From Bugula neritina (Eukaryota; Animalia; Bryozoa), in the NCBI GenBank assembly GCA_964035545.1, contig OZ037771.1:4928990-4992989 (forward strand): 64,000 nucleotides of DNA. Reading direction: 5' to 3'. Positions within the stretch are counted from its first letter, which is position 1, and each line of letters starts with the position of its first letter. The position numbers and the translations under genes are program-made. A model generated the notes under the pieces. The model saw only the letters and a list, made by a program, of their open reading frames with translations, was not told the origin of the DNA and made no database searches. Shown here in pieces: positions 14,447 through 26,400 of the stretch.

Positions 14447-17400
14447 TCAATCGGTTGCTTTCCTCGAATCAGCTCTTTCCTTTTTAGTAGCGATAAGCCC
14501 TTGAGTTTTAGTATGATCAATAGCAACATACTGCACACCAGATGCCTAAAACAGGTAAAACTAGCTTAAATTCAGACTACAGTACAATATCTAGAACCTG
14601 CTTGCAGTACAGTGAGGAACAACTCCTAACAACTGAATGATTGTGAAGACAACAAATTTTAAACAGAGTAAAACAAATCTCAAACCCCACCATAGAATTT
14701 CATGCTATTTTAAAAAGAGGAATTCTGTTAGCTAAAAAAAGCTAACTTCACTATGTAACCAGGTAATATGTTGTACTTGTGGTATTCAATGGAAACAAAA
14801 CCTGACTCAACAAAAACACAGATTAGGAAATTATTTTCAAAAAAAAATAAACCGGTTATACATTTAACAGAATCACAGATAATAAGCATTGAGAAAATAT
14901 TTTACTGAATAAAATTAAAAACTTGAATTTGAACTTTACCGTATTAGGGAACCATTGAGTCTGACGGACATTAACCATTGTAGACACACATTGCACAGGG
15001 ATCAGGAGGAGATAACCAACAGTTACCCATGAAGAGGGCCTAGACTCAAAGACGTAGTAGCAGGTAAGTTGGTACACATAAAATAGAGTAGTTAGTCGTG
15101 ACGTAATCTACTCACCTGGGAAGAGCTGGAAGACAGGTGGACGGGGCGTGGAGGGGGTTTGTTAGAATCAAAGCACTGATGGTCAAGTTGAATGTACTGT
15201 AGCGGCTGGTTACTGGGAGAGCGGGCTAGCACAGTGGTGCGGGGCGCCGCAACCGGTACGACCTGAGGACAGACATGGGAGACCCAGGCTATAGCCAGAA
15301 GGAGGACAACCAGGTAGACAAAGCTTAGTTTGTGAGGAGAATTGGTTATATTCATATTGATTAGTCATCAGCATAAGTAATTCATGATTCAAACTTGTCT
15401 CTTCCCTGAATCTACCATCTAATAGACTGAAGGGCATTGGTTTGGTAGTTAGTAACTAAACTAATGTTGACTTAGCAATTGTTAGTGTATATTCTGCTTG
15501 CACTCTCTACTGTATTATATAAATTTTCCAAAGCAACGAGAAGTTTTGTATTTTGAAAGCTGCTTTACACCCAATGTGGTTTTTGTTTTGGCACTTTATA
15601 AATAGTAAGTTACGAGCTCAAAATTAGCAGTACAGAGTTATTAGTACAGAGTTAGTAGTACAGAGTTAGTAGTACAGAGTTAGCAGTACAGAGCAATTAG
15701 TACAGAGTTAGTAGTACAGAGTTAGTAGTACACAGTTAGTAGTACAGAGTTACTAGTACAGAGTGAGTAGTACAGAGTTAGTAGTACAGAGTTAGCAGTA
15801 CAGAGCAATTAGTACAGAGTTAGTAGTACAGAGTTAGTAGTACAGAGTTAGTAGTACAGAGTTAGTAGTACAGAGTTAGTAGTACAGAGTTAGTAGTACA
15901 GAGTTAGTAGTACAGAGTTAGTAGTACACAGTTAGTAGTACAGAGTTACTAGTACAGAGTGAGTAGTACAGAGTGAGTAGTACACAGTTAGTAGTACAGA
16001 GTAATTAGTACAGAGTTATTAGTACAGAGTTAGTAGTACAGAGTTAGTAGTACAGAGTTAGCAGTACAGAGCAATTAGTACAGAGTTAGTAGTACAGAGT
16101 TACTAGTACAGAGTTAGTAGTACAGAGTGAGTAGTACAGAGTTAGTAGTACAGAGTTAGTAGTACAGAGTTAGTAATACAGAGTTAGTAGTACAGAGTGA
16201 GTAGTACAGAGTTAGTAGTACAGAGTTAGTAGTACACAATACCAACCTTTGTATTAGCGTTACAAGCAGTTGGTCTATCAGGACGGGCGGGAGATGCTGT
16301 GAAAGAGCTGGAGTTACCGAACCGCTGAGGCGGAATATCATAGATCTACAATGTGACAGGAAATGACATCAGAGAAGATGGCATATTATGTGAAATCTAT
16401 ACTGCGATACAATAGCCACGTGTAGAATGAGAATGAAATGTTTAATAGACTAGACCAGGGGTGGGCAACTGGGGGCCCCAGGGCCACCTGTGGCCCTTTG
16501 CCCATTTTTCAGTGGCCCTTTTAATGCTTAAGATAAGTAAAAGCTGTTGCATGCATTCTAATTAGCACAGTGTAGGTTTGGTGACAAATTACTTTATTAT
16601 AATAGAACATATTATGTGTGAAATCATGTGGCTCTTAGTTTTGGCTGAAGTCTGAACTTGGCCCTCATGCAAAAGAAGTTGTCCACCTCTGGTCTAGAGT
16701 AAAGAGAACAGTGATGAGATGAGAAAGAGTAAAACGCAAGTTTCTGGGAGCATTAAACTTCAATGAGACACCGACTCTCACAACCACTGTGACAGCGGAG
16801 GGGGGTGAAGGTCACCGAGCAGTCACTTACTTCCTGGCAATCTGCTGCAGACCAGTCAACATCTTACTGACTTCTGAGGACACAATTCAGCAGAGTGTAC
16901 TGTGGGCATGGAGTCAACCCACCCCTTAACAGATATGTCTGCATAGCGTTAATGAGGCTACTGCATGCAGAAGTGAGTGACAGTCAACTCACCTGGTCAT
17001 CCTCGTCATCACTATCATCCGTAGAATCCTCACTGGAGTCATCAGCCCCTGCCCTAGTGGGTAGACGAATCCCTAGTATCGGCTCCACACCAGGAACACT
17101 GTCACTATAGAATATATGATTAATTTATAATTCAAATAATGAAGTATAACGATTTAACACATAAACATGGAGAGCCTTATAACTGATGGTTGTATTATGA
17201 ATATTATTCTACAAATAGTCTAAACACATGAAGGAGGATGTTTCTGTGTAGGTTATTTCACTGTATTTGATACAGAGTGACAGTGTTGGGTAAACACGTA
17301 AAATCATATAAATTATTTCTAGTTACATCAGAACATTATATTCAACTATTTTTGCAATGTAGATTAGATACTCTGTCCACATTTAGTTGTGTTGATTTTC

Positions 17401-20400
17401 AACTGAATTTACAACAAAACAATCCATGAATGATGCAGAACTAATTGATACATAAATAAACAATTAATTAGTGTTGTTTACCCCAACAGCTAAAATATGG
17501 CGAAAAACAAAAACATTTAAAAACACCTGTTTAGGCGACACAGCCCATGTTTCTGAAATCATATATACTACCTAAACACAGAATCTCTCACATATGATAA
17601 AGTTTTACAGTCAATGATATCATATATATTACCTAAACACAGAATCTCTGACATATGATAAGGTTTTATATGTAAATGATACCATATATATTACCTAAAC
17701 ACAGAATCTCTGACATATGATAAGGTTTTACTTGTCTGTGATATTCGGAGGGAAGAATCTGAAGTTGATGAACCTGCAGCGTGTCTCAACACAACGTTCT
17801 CTTTCCCTGAAATATTACACACCACACATGAGGTCAGAGGTCATGAGATAAGAAACCCTATTGAATGTTGAAACATAAAAACCCAAATCAAAATAGTTTA
17901 AAAAACTAGGAACAGATGTTTACGTGAGTTGGCTGGTAAGGAAGTTTTGGCGAGTTGATTTGACCCTTTAGCGCTTTGGATGGTTGTTCGTGGACGAGCT
18001 TGTGGCTGGCTCCGTGGAGAATCATATACATCCTGCGAGCTGGCATTGTGACAGTGAGCGACAGGTGTCACAGGTTGTGTTGGATATTTTACGGGCTGTG
18101 CTCGAGGTGCTATGTCATACACCTCTTCTGAACTGTCACCTTGACACTGAGGATCAGGTGCTACAGGCTGTGCTCGAGGTGCTATGTCATACACATCTTC
18201 TAAACTGTCACCTTGACACTGAGGATCAAGTGCTACGGGCTGTGCTCGAGGTGCTATGTCATACACATCTTCTAAACTGTCACCTTGACACTGAGGATCA
18301 CGTGCTATGGCCTGTGCTCGAGGTGCTATGTCATACACATCCTCTGAACTGTCACCATGACACTGAGGATCAGGTGCTACGGGCTGTGCTCGAGGTGCTA
18401 TGTCATACACATCTTCTGAACTGTCACCTTGACACTGAGGGTCAGGTGCTACGGGCTGTGCTCGAGGTGCTATGTCATACACTTCATTAGGGCTTTCAGC
18501 AAAATGATTCATGTCGGTGTAAGAACTTGACCTCGAGTTCGAATCAATGACAGTGTCTCTGGGTGGCTTTGGATGCCGAGTAAGCATACTGTGGAGATCC
18601 TCCGAGACTTCATCACTGACATGTTTGGTTGAAGCGTTGAAATATTTATGAATACGTGAAGAGTTGCCCACACACGGCGTAGGAAGTGCTGTTATATTCT
18701 TTGGCACATCGTACATTTCCTCCAACATCTTGCATTCTTCATAAGATCTACTACCAACGCTCTCCCGCGGCTCTGCAGCGCCAGGAGATATTTTAGGGGG
18801 TCTGGGAGGGGGAACAACTCCAAAGTTATCTCCGTCATCTCCCGAGTGACTAGAGGTGGTGTGTTTGTCGTCTGCATTGATGCCGCTATCGGCAGCTTCT
18901 CTACAACACCACCAGTTGTTTAGAAACATATTAACCAGGCTGGTGGTCACTGTGTAAGCAGATATTCAGAAAACTATCTGATGAAATGCCATATTGGTAA
19001 AATTGAAACACTATATCAATAAAATAATAAGTTTTGCAAAACACAATTTTAGCTTTACAGCAGTCTAATGTGTGGACATTATTATAAATTTAAATCTTAG
19101 AGCAGTTAAAATGTTTTGCAAGATTTTTATAAGTTTTTTATAGAACAGATCAGCTTTTGCTTTGCCAAATTTATTTATAAAAGCAAATAAACGAATAATT
19201 GCAAGAAACATCTTATCAACACAACAAAGTTAAGTCAGAAATATTCTCAACAGTGCTCGGAAAACTACCTTAAAGCAACAACTTAGCAACTTAGAGTAAA
19301 CTTTGAAATCTGTCATAAAACTGGTGACAATAAAATGGATACACACCACTAAACCTGATTAAAGTACGTTAGATACTCAGAGCTCTATCAATGCACATTG
19401 CCATTATTCTGTGAAACAGGAAACACTTACGATTCGGAGGAGTAAGGTCGACCAGGAGAAGCAGGATTTAGATAGGTCTGGTAGACGGATTCCTCAGTGT
19501 CACTCTGCTATAGAATTCACATATATTTTACTTTAAATGCAAAACTTTAAAAAAACTACTTAGCTTAGTAAAATCACTAAAGCTGATAGAAAAGAACAAT
19601 ATAACAGATGGAGATGGCGCCATACCACTGATGTTAAGTTTCGTAGTCGGGGCGTAGGAGCCGCCACCCGACTGGGGGGAGATGCGAGTGTCGGTGGAAC
19701 ATCATAGTCATCATACATGGCTGAATCCGGAGCTGAAATATTATTATAGAAAGAAGTTACAAAACAGCCAACTGTAAACTCATAGTATCAATAACTGAGA
19801 ACCAGTGTGTACATGTGGATAAGTACAACAGCTAGGACATTGTGAGGTGAATCAAGGTGAGTGATAGAGGTGAGATAGCATACCCATAGATCTAGAGGAA
19901 TGGTGAGGTAATATACAAGACAATGTGCACCACACTAACTCATTCATCACAACATAATAATGTGATAGAGCAAGTTCTGACAACTCTAACCAAACAACAA
20001 CACAATAACGAATAGCAAAGATCATTTCTTTATTCCCAGAAAAAGAAGATAACCCTAGAGCTGGTCAGTGCAAACATAATATACTAAAAGTAAGTGTACT
20101 AAAAACTTGGCAATCGAAAACAAATTCACAAATGACGAAGACTTAAACTCATGAAATCTGGAAGAATTTAAAGCAAGCACTAGATGTGCACAGGTAGCTG
20201 TAGTTCTGGACACAGAGACAACAATGACAGTAAATCTTGTTGACTCTTAAAAATCTCCGCAAATTTTTGAAATGATTTAATGGATTGCCAAGTTTTGAAA
20301 TAGCGGCCAGAGCTGAACTACAACTAATAAGATACACCAACAACTGACAATGTCGAACTGCGTGTTACCTTCACCACTGCTAAAACAGTATACAAGTATT

Positions 20401-23060
20401 CAACTGGCAGTTTCGGCAGTAACTGAATAAATATAAACACAAGGTAAATACCAACTGTACCAAACACTGTACACCTGCTGAAAGTAGACAGGGGGAATTG
20501 CAAACAGACTCCCATTAAATTAGAGACTTTTTAAACCACAGCATTGTAATTAAAAACAAACATTTAATAAAACTTGCTTTGCCTATGCCTTACACCAACC
20601 TTGCTCAAGTTTTTACTAAAGTTATACACAACTAATAGTATTTGTAGTTGCTAACTAAATCAGACACAGTATTGGCAGATAATGGGTGATAGGCAGCTCA
20701 ATACAAATGAAAGAAGTGGACCTAATGTTTCCTCGTAAACATAACCCAAGACCCAGCTTACCTGTATAGCATTGTGACAGATGTACATAGCCTTTAGCCT
20801 CAGCTTCTGGGCTTACTTCAGTTATGGTAGGGGAGGTAGACGGCCCTTTAGGGGTCTTTTCTTCGGATGTTGAATTGTTATCTAACAATATTATGGTTAA
20901 TATACCACTACACACACTCTCTAGGAACTCATACAGGAAATACAGTTAGCTTTAGGTTAGAGCTATAGAAGTGGGAAGCAAAAAACCAAACAAGTATAAG
21001 AAATGCTAGAACTTGTTATTTAGGCTGTGACCAGCTGAGTTTAGAGAAATGTAAGATTATAACCGGCTGTTTTTATTTTTGAAGTATGTGTGTTGAAAAA
21101 GTATTAAACAAGAAAACCTCTCCCTTCTATCCTCCCTTCAGAAATTAGGCTAAACATTTACTGTTGCACTAAACAAGCATGAACTAGGTGTGCCGAGCTA
21201 GCTTAATCTACTGTTCAAGTTTATTCATTTCTGTCACCAAAACAATGATGTCTTCATAGATGTTAACCCGCGCACCCTAGATATAGTTTATAAAGCTGCC
21301 ACAGGTCAAACATAGAAGACTGTTTCCAACACAACAGATATTTGTTATGAGTATAAATCTTCTAACTTACCATAACTATCAGGTTCACCTAATCAAGTAG
21401 CACAGTAACTGACCAATCGGGACTTGAATATAAACATATGCTATTTTAAAAACATTTTTGTGATGAAAACAAGCAGTTAAAGAAGTTACATATAAACAGA
21501 GTAAACAGAATAGAGCCTGTGTAAACATAGGATGCTCTCACCAGACTGCCTATTTTCCTGGTGGAGGTTACAGATTCTACACAAACATTCGACCCATTTC
21601 AACATGGCTTCCTCGGTGTCCGCCGCCAAATAATAGAGCCTATTCTGTAAGTAAAGAGGTGTTTATAGGTAGGACTATAGGAATATATAGTACTCATGTA
21701 GCTACACTTGTACAACTACAGTAGCACACTGTACTCCTGTAGCCACACTAGTACAACTACAGTAGCACACTGTACTCCTGTAGCTACACTAGTACAACTA
21801 CATGAGTACACTAGTGTAACTACAGCTACACAAGTACAGCCACACAAGTACAGTTACACTTAGTGTAACTGGACTCCTGTAGCCACACTAGTACAACTAC
21901 AGTAGCATACAGCTACACCAATGTAGCCATAATAATATATATACAATTTTAGCCATAATCAAATCAAATGAGGCAAAACATTCACACAGAGTTGTATAAT
22001 TAATCACACAGTGAGATCACCAGGGTAATAACAGGGTTATAATGCTCCAATAGCAGTAGTCACGGCCAATACACGTAGAGTACAACACAATACAAGTCCA
22101 ATGTCTAAATCAGCCTTGCTTTTGAATAGCTTCCATCATTCAGATTGATCAAATCTACACAATAGACTAGCATCAACATATACTTCCTCATGAAACTGCA
22201 CTGATCAGAGAATCATGTGTCCTGCTATTCTATTGGTCGAATAGGCATTGGGAGAATGGGATTCCTGGATTTGTTTAAATTAACAACAACTGATATACTC
22301 ACTACACCTAGTAGAGGAATGCAATGCATTACTAACATTTTGGGATGAGACTTGAATGGCAAACAGATGCTGGTAGTAGGCTGTGTCTAGAGACGACTCA
22401 ATCTTCTCGCACTGAGCCAAGTTGATGGATCCCAGTTTATTCTGGAGAGAGTCATCCTTGTAATAACTCAGTTTGTATCGATTGGGGAACAAAGGTGAAG
22501 GTCGATATAGCCTGAAAAATCGTCTTCTCCATTTCTAAAATATAATAATGAAAAAATCCATTCGACATAATGCGATAATGGAAACGTAGTGATATAACAG
22601 AGCCCAACAGAGAGAATATGACTCCCACCATCTATTATAACGAGTTCCAACTACTATTGAATAGCAACCTAATAACCAACTTGACCTTGACATTTCTACA
22701 TTGACAACTGCCCAACAGAATATGCATGTAAAAGAACAGCATAATATTATGTTTCTCCGTATGCTAACCTAACGTAAAGTAAGTTATCTGAATGGAAGAT
22801 CATGTTAACAAACAAATGAAACAGTTACACAAATAGAATGACTGCAGCACATTGGTAGGTGTGTATGTGTTATGCGCTCACAACTGTGTTTATAACAAAC
22901 AACTACTTTGCTATTACTATCCACAATGCCTGTTAACACTAGAGATCAAAATTAGCTCCCATTGCTACAATTACGTGGTGTTTTCCAATGTGCTACTATA
23001 TCTTGCATGATGCCAGAACGAAACTCAATCAAAGTACCGTACTTGTTTATATATTATATA

Positions 23061-23130
<70 letters not shown>

Positions 23131-23434
23131 TATATATATTATATATATATATATTATTCTCATAATTATTTTATACCCAATATTATATATATTATATTAT
23201 TTATAAATAACAGTTATAACATATTATTAATCTAAACTTATATCATGTGAAACATGAAAGCTAATTTCAATAAACAAGACATAAACCTAGCTACTCTAAC
23301 AATTTAGCTGTTGGCAGTAGAGAAATTAGCTCCATACTTACAGCTTTAACAGGGATATGAACTTTTCCCTTTAAAAAAGTGACAAACTTATCACCAGGTG
23401 ACTTCGTCAACCATCCACAGAGTATATCTTCCAT
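14447..23434 (-). CDS. Gab/DOS-family (GRB2-associated binder / daughter of sevenless-like) docking protein
   Basis: Exons (minus) 23434-23342, 22534-22337, 21644-21542, 20881-20762, 19732-19626, 19507-19431, 18900-17924, 17806-17695, 17104-16993, 16345-16247, 15262-15116, 14545-14447; phases match. N-terminal PH domain (CGWLTKSP..KWRRRFF..LSYYK..INLAQCEKI..RLYYLAADTEEAMLKWV); Pro-rich PPPRPPK; YDVP, YDIP and YDSP motifs; two C-terminal SHP2-type motifs, LQYIQLD and VQYVAIDHTKTQGL. Confidence 0.88.
15625..16236. repeat. 14-bp minisatellite GTTAGTAGTACAGA, ~43 units, in a Gab intron
   Basis: Seen directly. Confidence 0.96.
16456..16691. mobile_element. hAT (Charlie-like) MITE, copy 1, in a Gab intron
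   Basis: TIR CAGGGGTGGGCAACT / AGTTGTCCACCTCTG; degenerate 8-bp TSD GACTAGAC / GTCTAGAG. Homologous to 62355-62590 in inverted orientation. Confidence 0.85.
18091..18486 (-). repeat. Coding 72-bp (24-aa) tandem repeat within a Gab exon
   Basis: CTCGAGG recurs at 18101, 18173, 18245, 18317, 18389 and 18461. Unit VYDIAPRAQPVAPDPQCQGDSSED. Confidence 0.95.
21690..21930. repeat. ~41-bp degenerate tandem repeat in a Gab intron
   Basis: Units of gtagccacactagtacaactacagtagcacactgtactcct. Confidence 0.8.
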
Positions 23435-26400
23435 CAAATTGACCTCTACATAATAATAGCACATTGCAGCACAGAATAAATCTTCCATCAAATTGATCTT
23501 TACATAATACTAGCACATTTCCGATGATGTCACACTTTCTCAGATACACACAGTTAATGTTTTAAATCAGGGAATAAATATTAGAAAGCCGCTGGCACTG
23601 TTTTTTATAATAAAATAATTTAATAATTAGTAGAGATCAAGTTCTGACACAGAAACCCGCTAGCAGAACAGGACAGAGCGGAGATAGATGAGGATATGTG
23701 AGGAAGTATTGACACAGAAATAGGTCAAGTGCTAAAAAAGGACTGCTTTAAAGTATGGTGAAGTTTAAGTGTGGCAATACTTTGGTAATTTCAGAAAAAC
23801 TTTTTCAACATGACTTGTAGATTTTTCAATAAGACCAGTCAAGACAAGGTGCAAATATATTGATTGGATTCCACCTTCAAGTGCAGTTGCTGTCTAGGCA
23901 GCCATTTAACATCAACACAACTGCATTATTTAGACATGCAGAGCTCTGGTAGCGTGATACAACCTAGTCCAATAAGAACTACTTTGCATGACATGCCAAT
24001 TAAATGTGACATGATGACATGCCTGTTCCAAAGGCTACTTTATAAGAGAGTTAAATTAAATTTGTTCTTTAAAGCAAAAGCTGTGCATGAACATTGTTTA
24101 TATAAACATGTGATGAAACTGGAACTTAATTTTAAACAAGCTATAATATTTATAGTCGATTATTGAAAACCAGGAAACTATTTTTAGAGAATTTAATGTC
24201 TGTTATCTGGAAAGTTTGTAAATTTAGTAAAAAGTATCAATCAGAATAGACATGTTGAATAATTTCACACTCAGAAATGTTGGCCTATGTCAATTATAGT
24301 TGAAATATGTGAAACGTAACAGCTAATTTCAACATAAAAGATATGGTTCTAATGACACACTACAAATCTAATAGTAATGAAAAGTTACTTTTTTTAAACT
24401 CGGGCTCAGAAAATTGCAAGTACATTATAGTCTTAAAATAGTAGATTATCTGGTAATGCAAGTGAAAAATTCCTTAGACGAAAGAGTTTGCTTTTACTCA
24501 TAGATAAAAATAGTCATTTTGGTGTTTCTATTTGGTGCAAAACAGAAAAACAAGTACTTTTAGTAAACATGTGTGATCAATACATATAAATAGATATATG
24601 AGTATTGAGAATTGTTATCACTTATTTCCCTTATCATTATCCGTCTACTATGAATTTGTGGCTTGGAGAAAATATGTATTAATCAGAATTAGAGCTAGTG
24701 TGATAGCAGATGCTAGATGGTGTAAAACATGTGAATGCAAAAGGATGTGCTCAAAGATATACAAGATGGTAATCACAATGATCATAATAACTATAAAACT
24801 TTAATCACAATCATCATTGCCATAATGCTATAACAATCGACGTAAATATTTCATTTCAATTTGAATCAAGTTTGATATTTTTCTCAAATGTCTAACTAGA
24901 CGATTTAAATTTCATTTATAATAATTGGAGCTCTAACAGAAAATGAGACTAGCCAAATATTAATGATGAATATAAAATTAAAGAAAGCATAATAATAATA
25001 ATAATACTGCCAATGGTAATATCATAAAGATAAAGATAGTGACGATCATTATGATCATACATCATGGAACCAGTCTAATATCTTCAGTCAAACTCACTGT
25101 AATCAACAGCCATGGAAATATCAGTATGACTATGAATGAACAATGCCAACAGTAACATTAATTAACGAAGGCAAATCATTATAACTATATACAATATTAG
25201 TAGTTATTGGGGTGAATCTATGCCATACCCATATACTATAAGGCAACACAAATGCAAACAATAAATTATAAACATAAATGATTATATAAAGTACATGTGC
25301 TAATTTTTTAACTCATTACCTGGAATGTAAAATGAGCATTAGTCTCAGAATGATTAAAGCATTATTTTATGGTAAATTTATTATAAAGCGAAAGTGGAGA
25401 GTAGTATTCCAAGACTAACAGCAACTTTAAGTCTAATCTTGAGGCTTGAGTAATCGTTTAAAAACTATTAAAAACTGATTATAGTTATACTATTACTATA
25501 AGTATCAGCATAACTGATACTACTATAAGTATAGGCCTAACTAAAAAAACTAAGTTAGGTAAGTACATGTATAAAAATTAGATTATTAGTCCCTAGAAAT
25601 TATTGAATATCATAAGCCTGAATAAAAGATAAGCCCAAAACTAAGAGTAGGAGTAAGTATAACTATAAGTATTAGTATTGGTATAAGTATAACATTAACT
25701 ATAAGTATAAGTTCAAGGTAAGTGATAATCATGATCATAATGATAATGATAATAATAATATCAACTTAAACTTTAAGTTTAACTCATTAAGTTTAACCTC
25801 AGATAATTATTATCATCAATATTATAATATTTTAGTGATTTACAATTATAAATTACTATTAGTATAAGTATTACTATTACTATTAGTATTAGATTTAGTA
25901 ATAAACCAGCGGCAGCAGTATTATAATAATTAATAAATTATTATTAGTATTACTAGCAGTACTAATACTGTTACAACTTGAATTCAAATTGCAAGCATAA
26001 TCATAAACTATAAGTATAATGATGAAACAAAAACTGAAGATTGAATGATTTAATTTTATCATAATGATTAATATTATCATTATGATAATAATAATCATTT
26101 TATGATTATTATTAATAATAGTATTAGTAGCAAAGTTAAAATTATAATGATCGTTATCTAACACTAATAGTAATAGTAACCGTAATGGCAATGAGATTGC
26201 ATACAAAACCAAAAAATTGGTCAAGTGTTATGGCATATGGATATTGGTGCAATATGAATATTCTATTCACCATGATTGAAGAAGAGAAACTGAGGAGTAG
26301 CCAATACAATTTATGTATAGAAGAGAGACCTTACAGTAAAGGGCGTGGCTCACTAACATCATAACTGATAGTAAATGTGGCGATATTCACAAAACTAATT

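Noticed and set aside
15625-16236. CRISPR-like array
   Set aside because: Head-to-tail tandem units without unique spacers, in a eukaryotic context with no cas genes.
16831-16940. Extra Gab exon or microexon (CAGATTGCCAGGAA|gtaagt)
   Set aside because: The flanking exons already join in phase (DDQ|IYDIP), and the candidate microexon would shift the frame. Unsupported without RNA data.
17984-18490. 168-aa + strand repeat ORF
   Set aside because: Antisense shadow of the Gab coding repeat.
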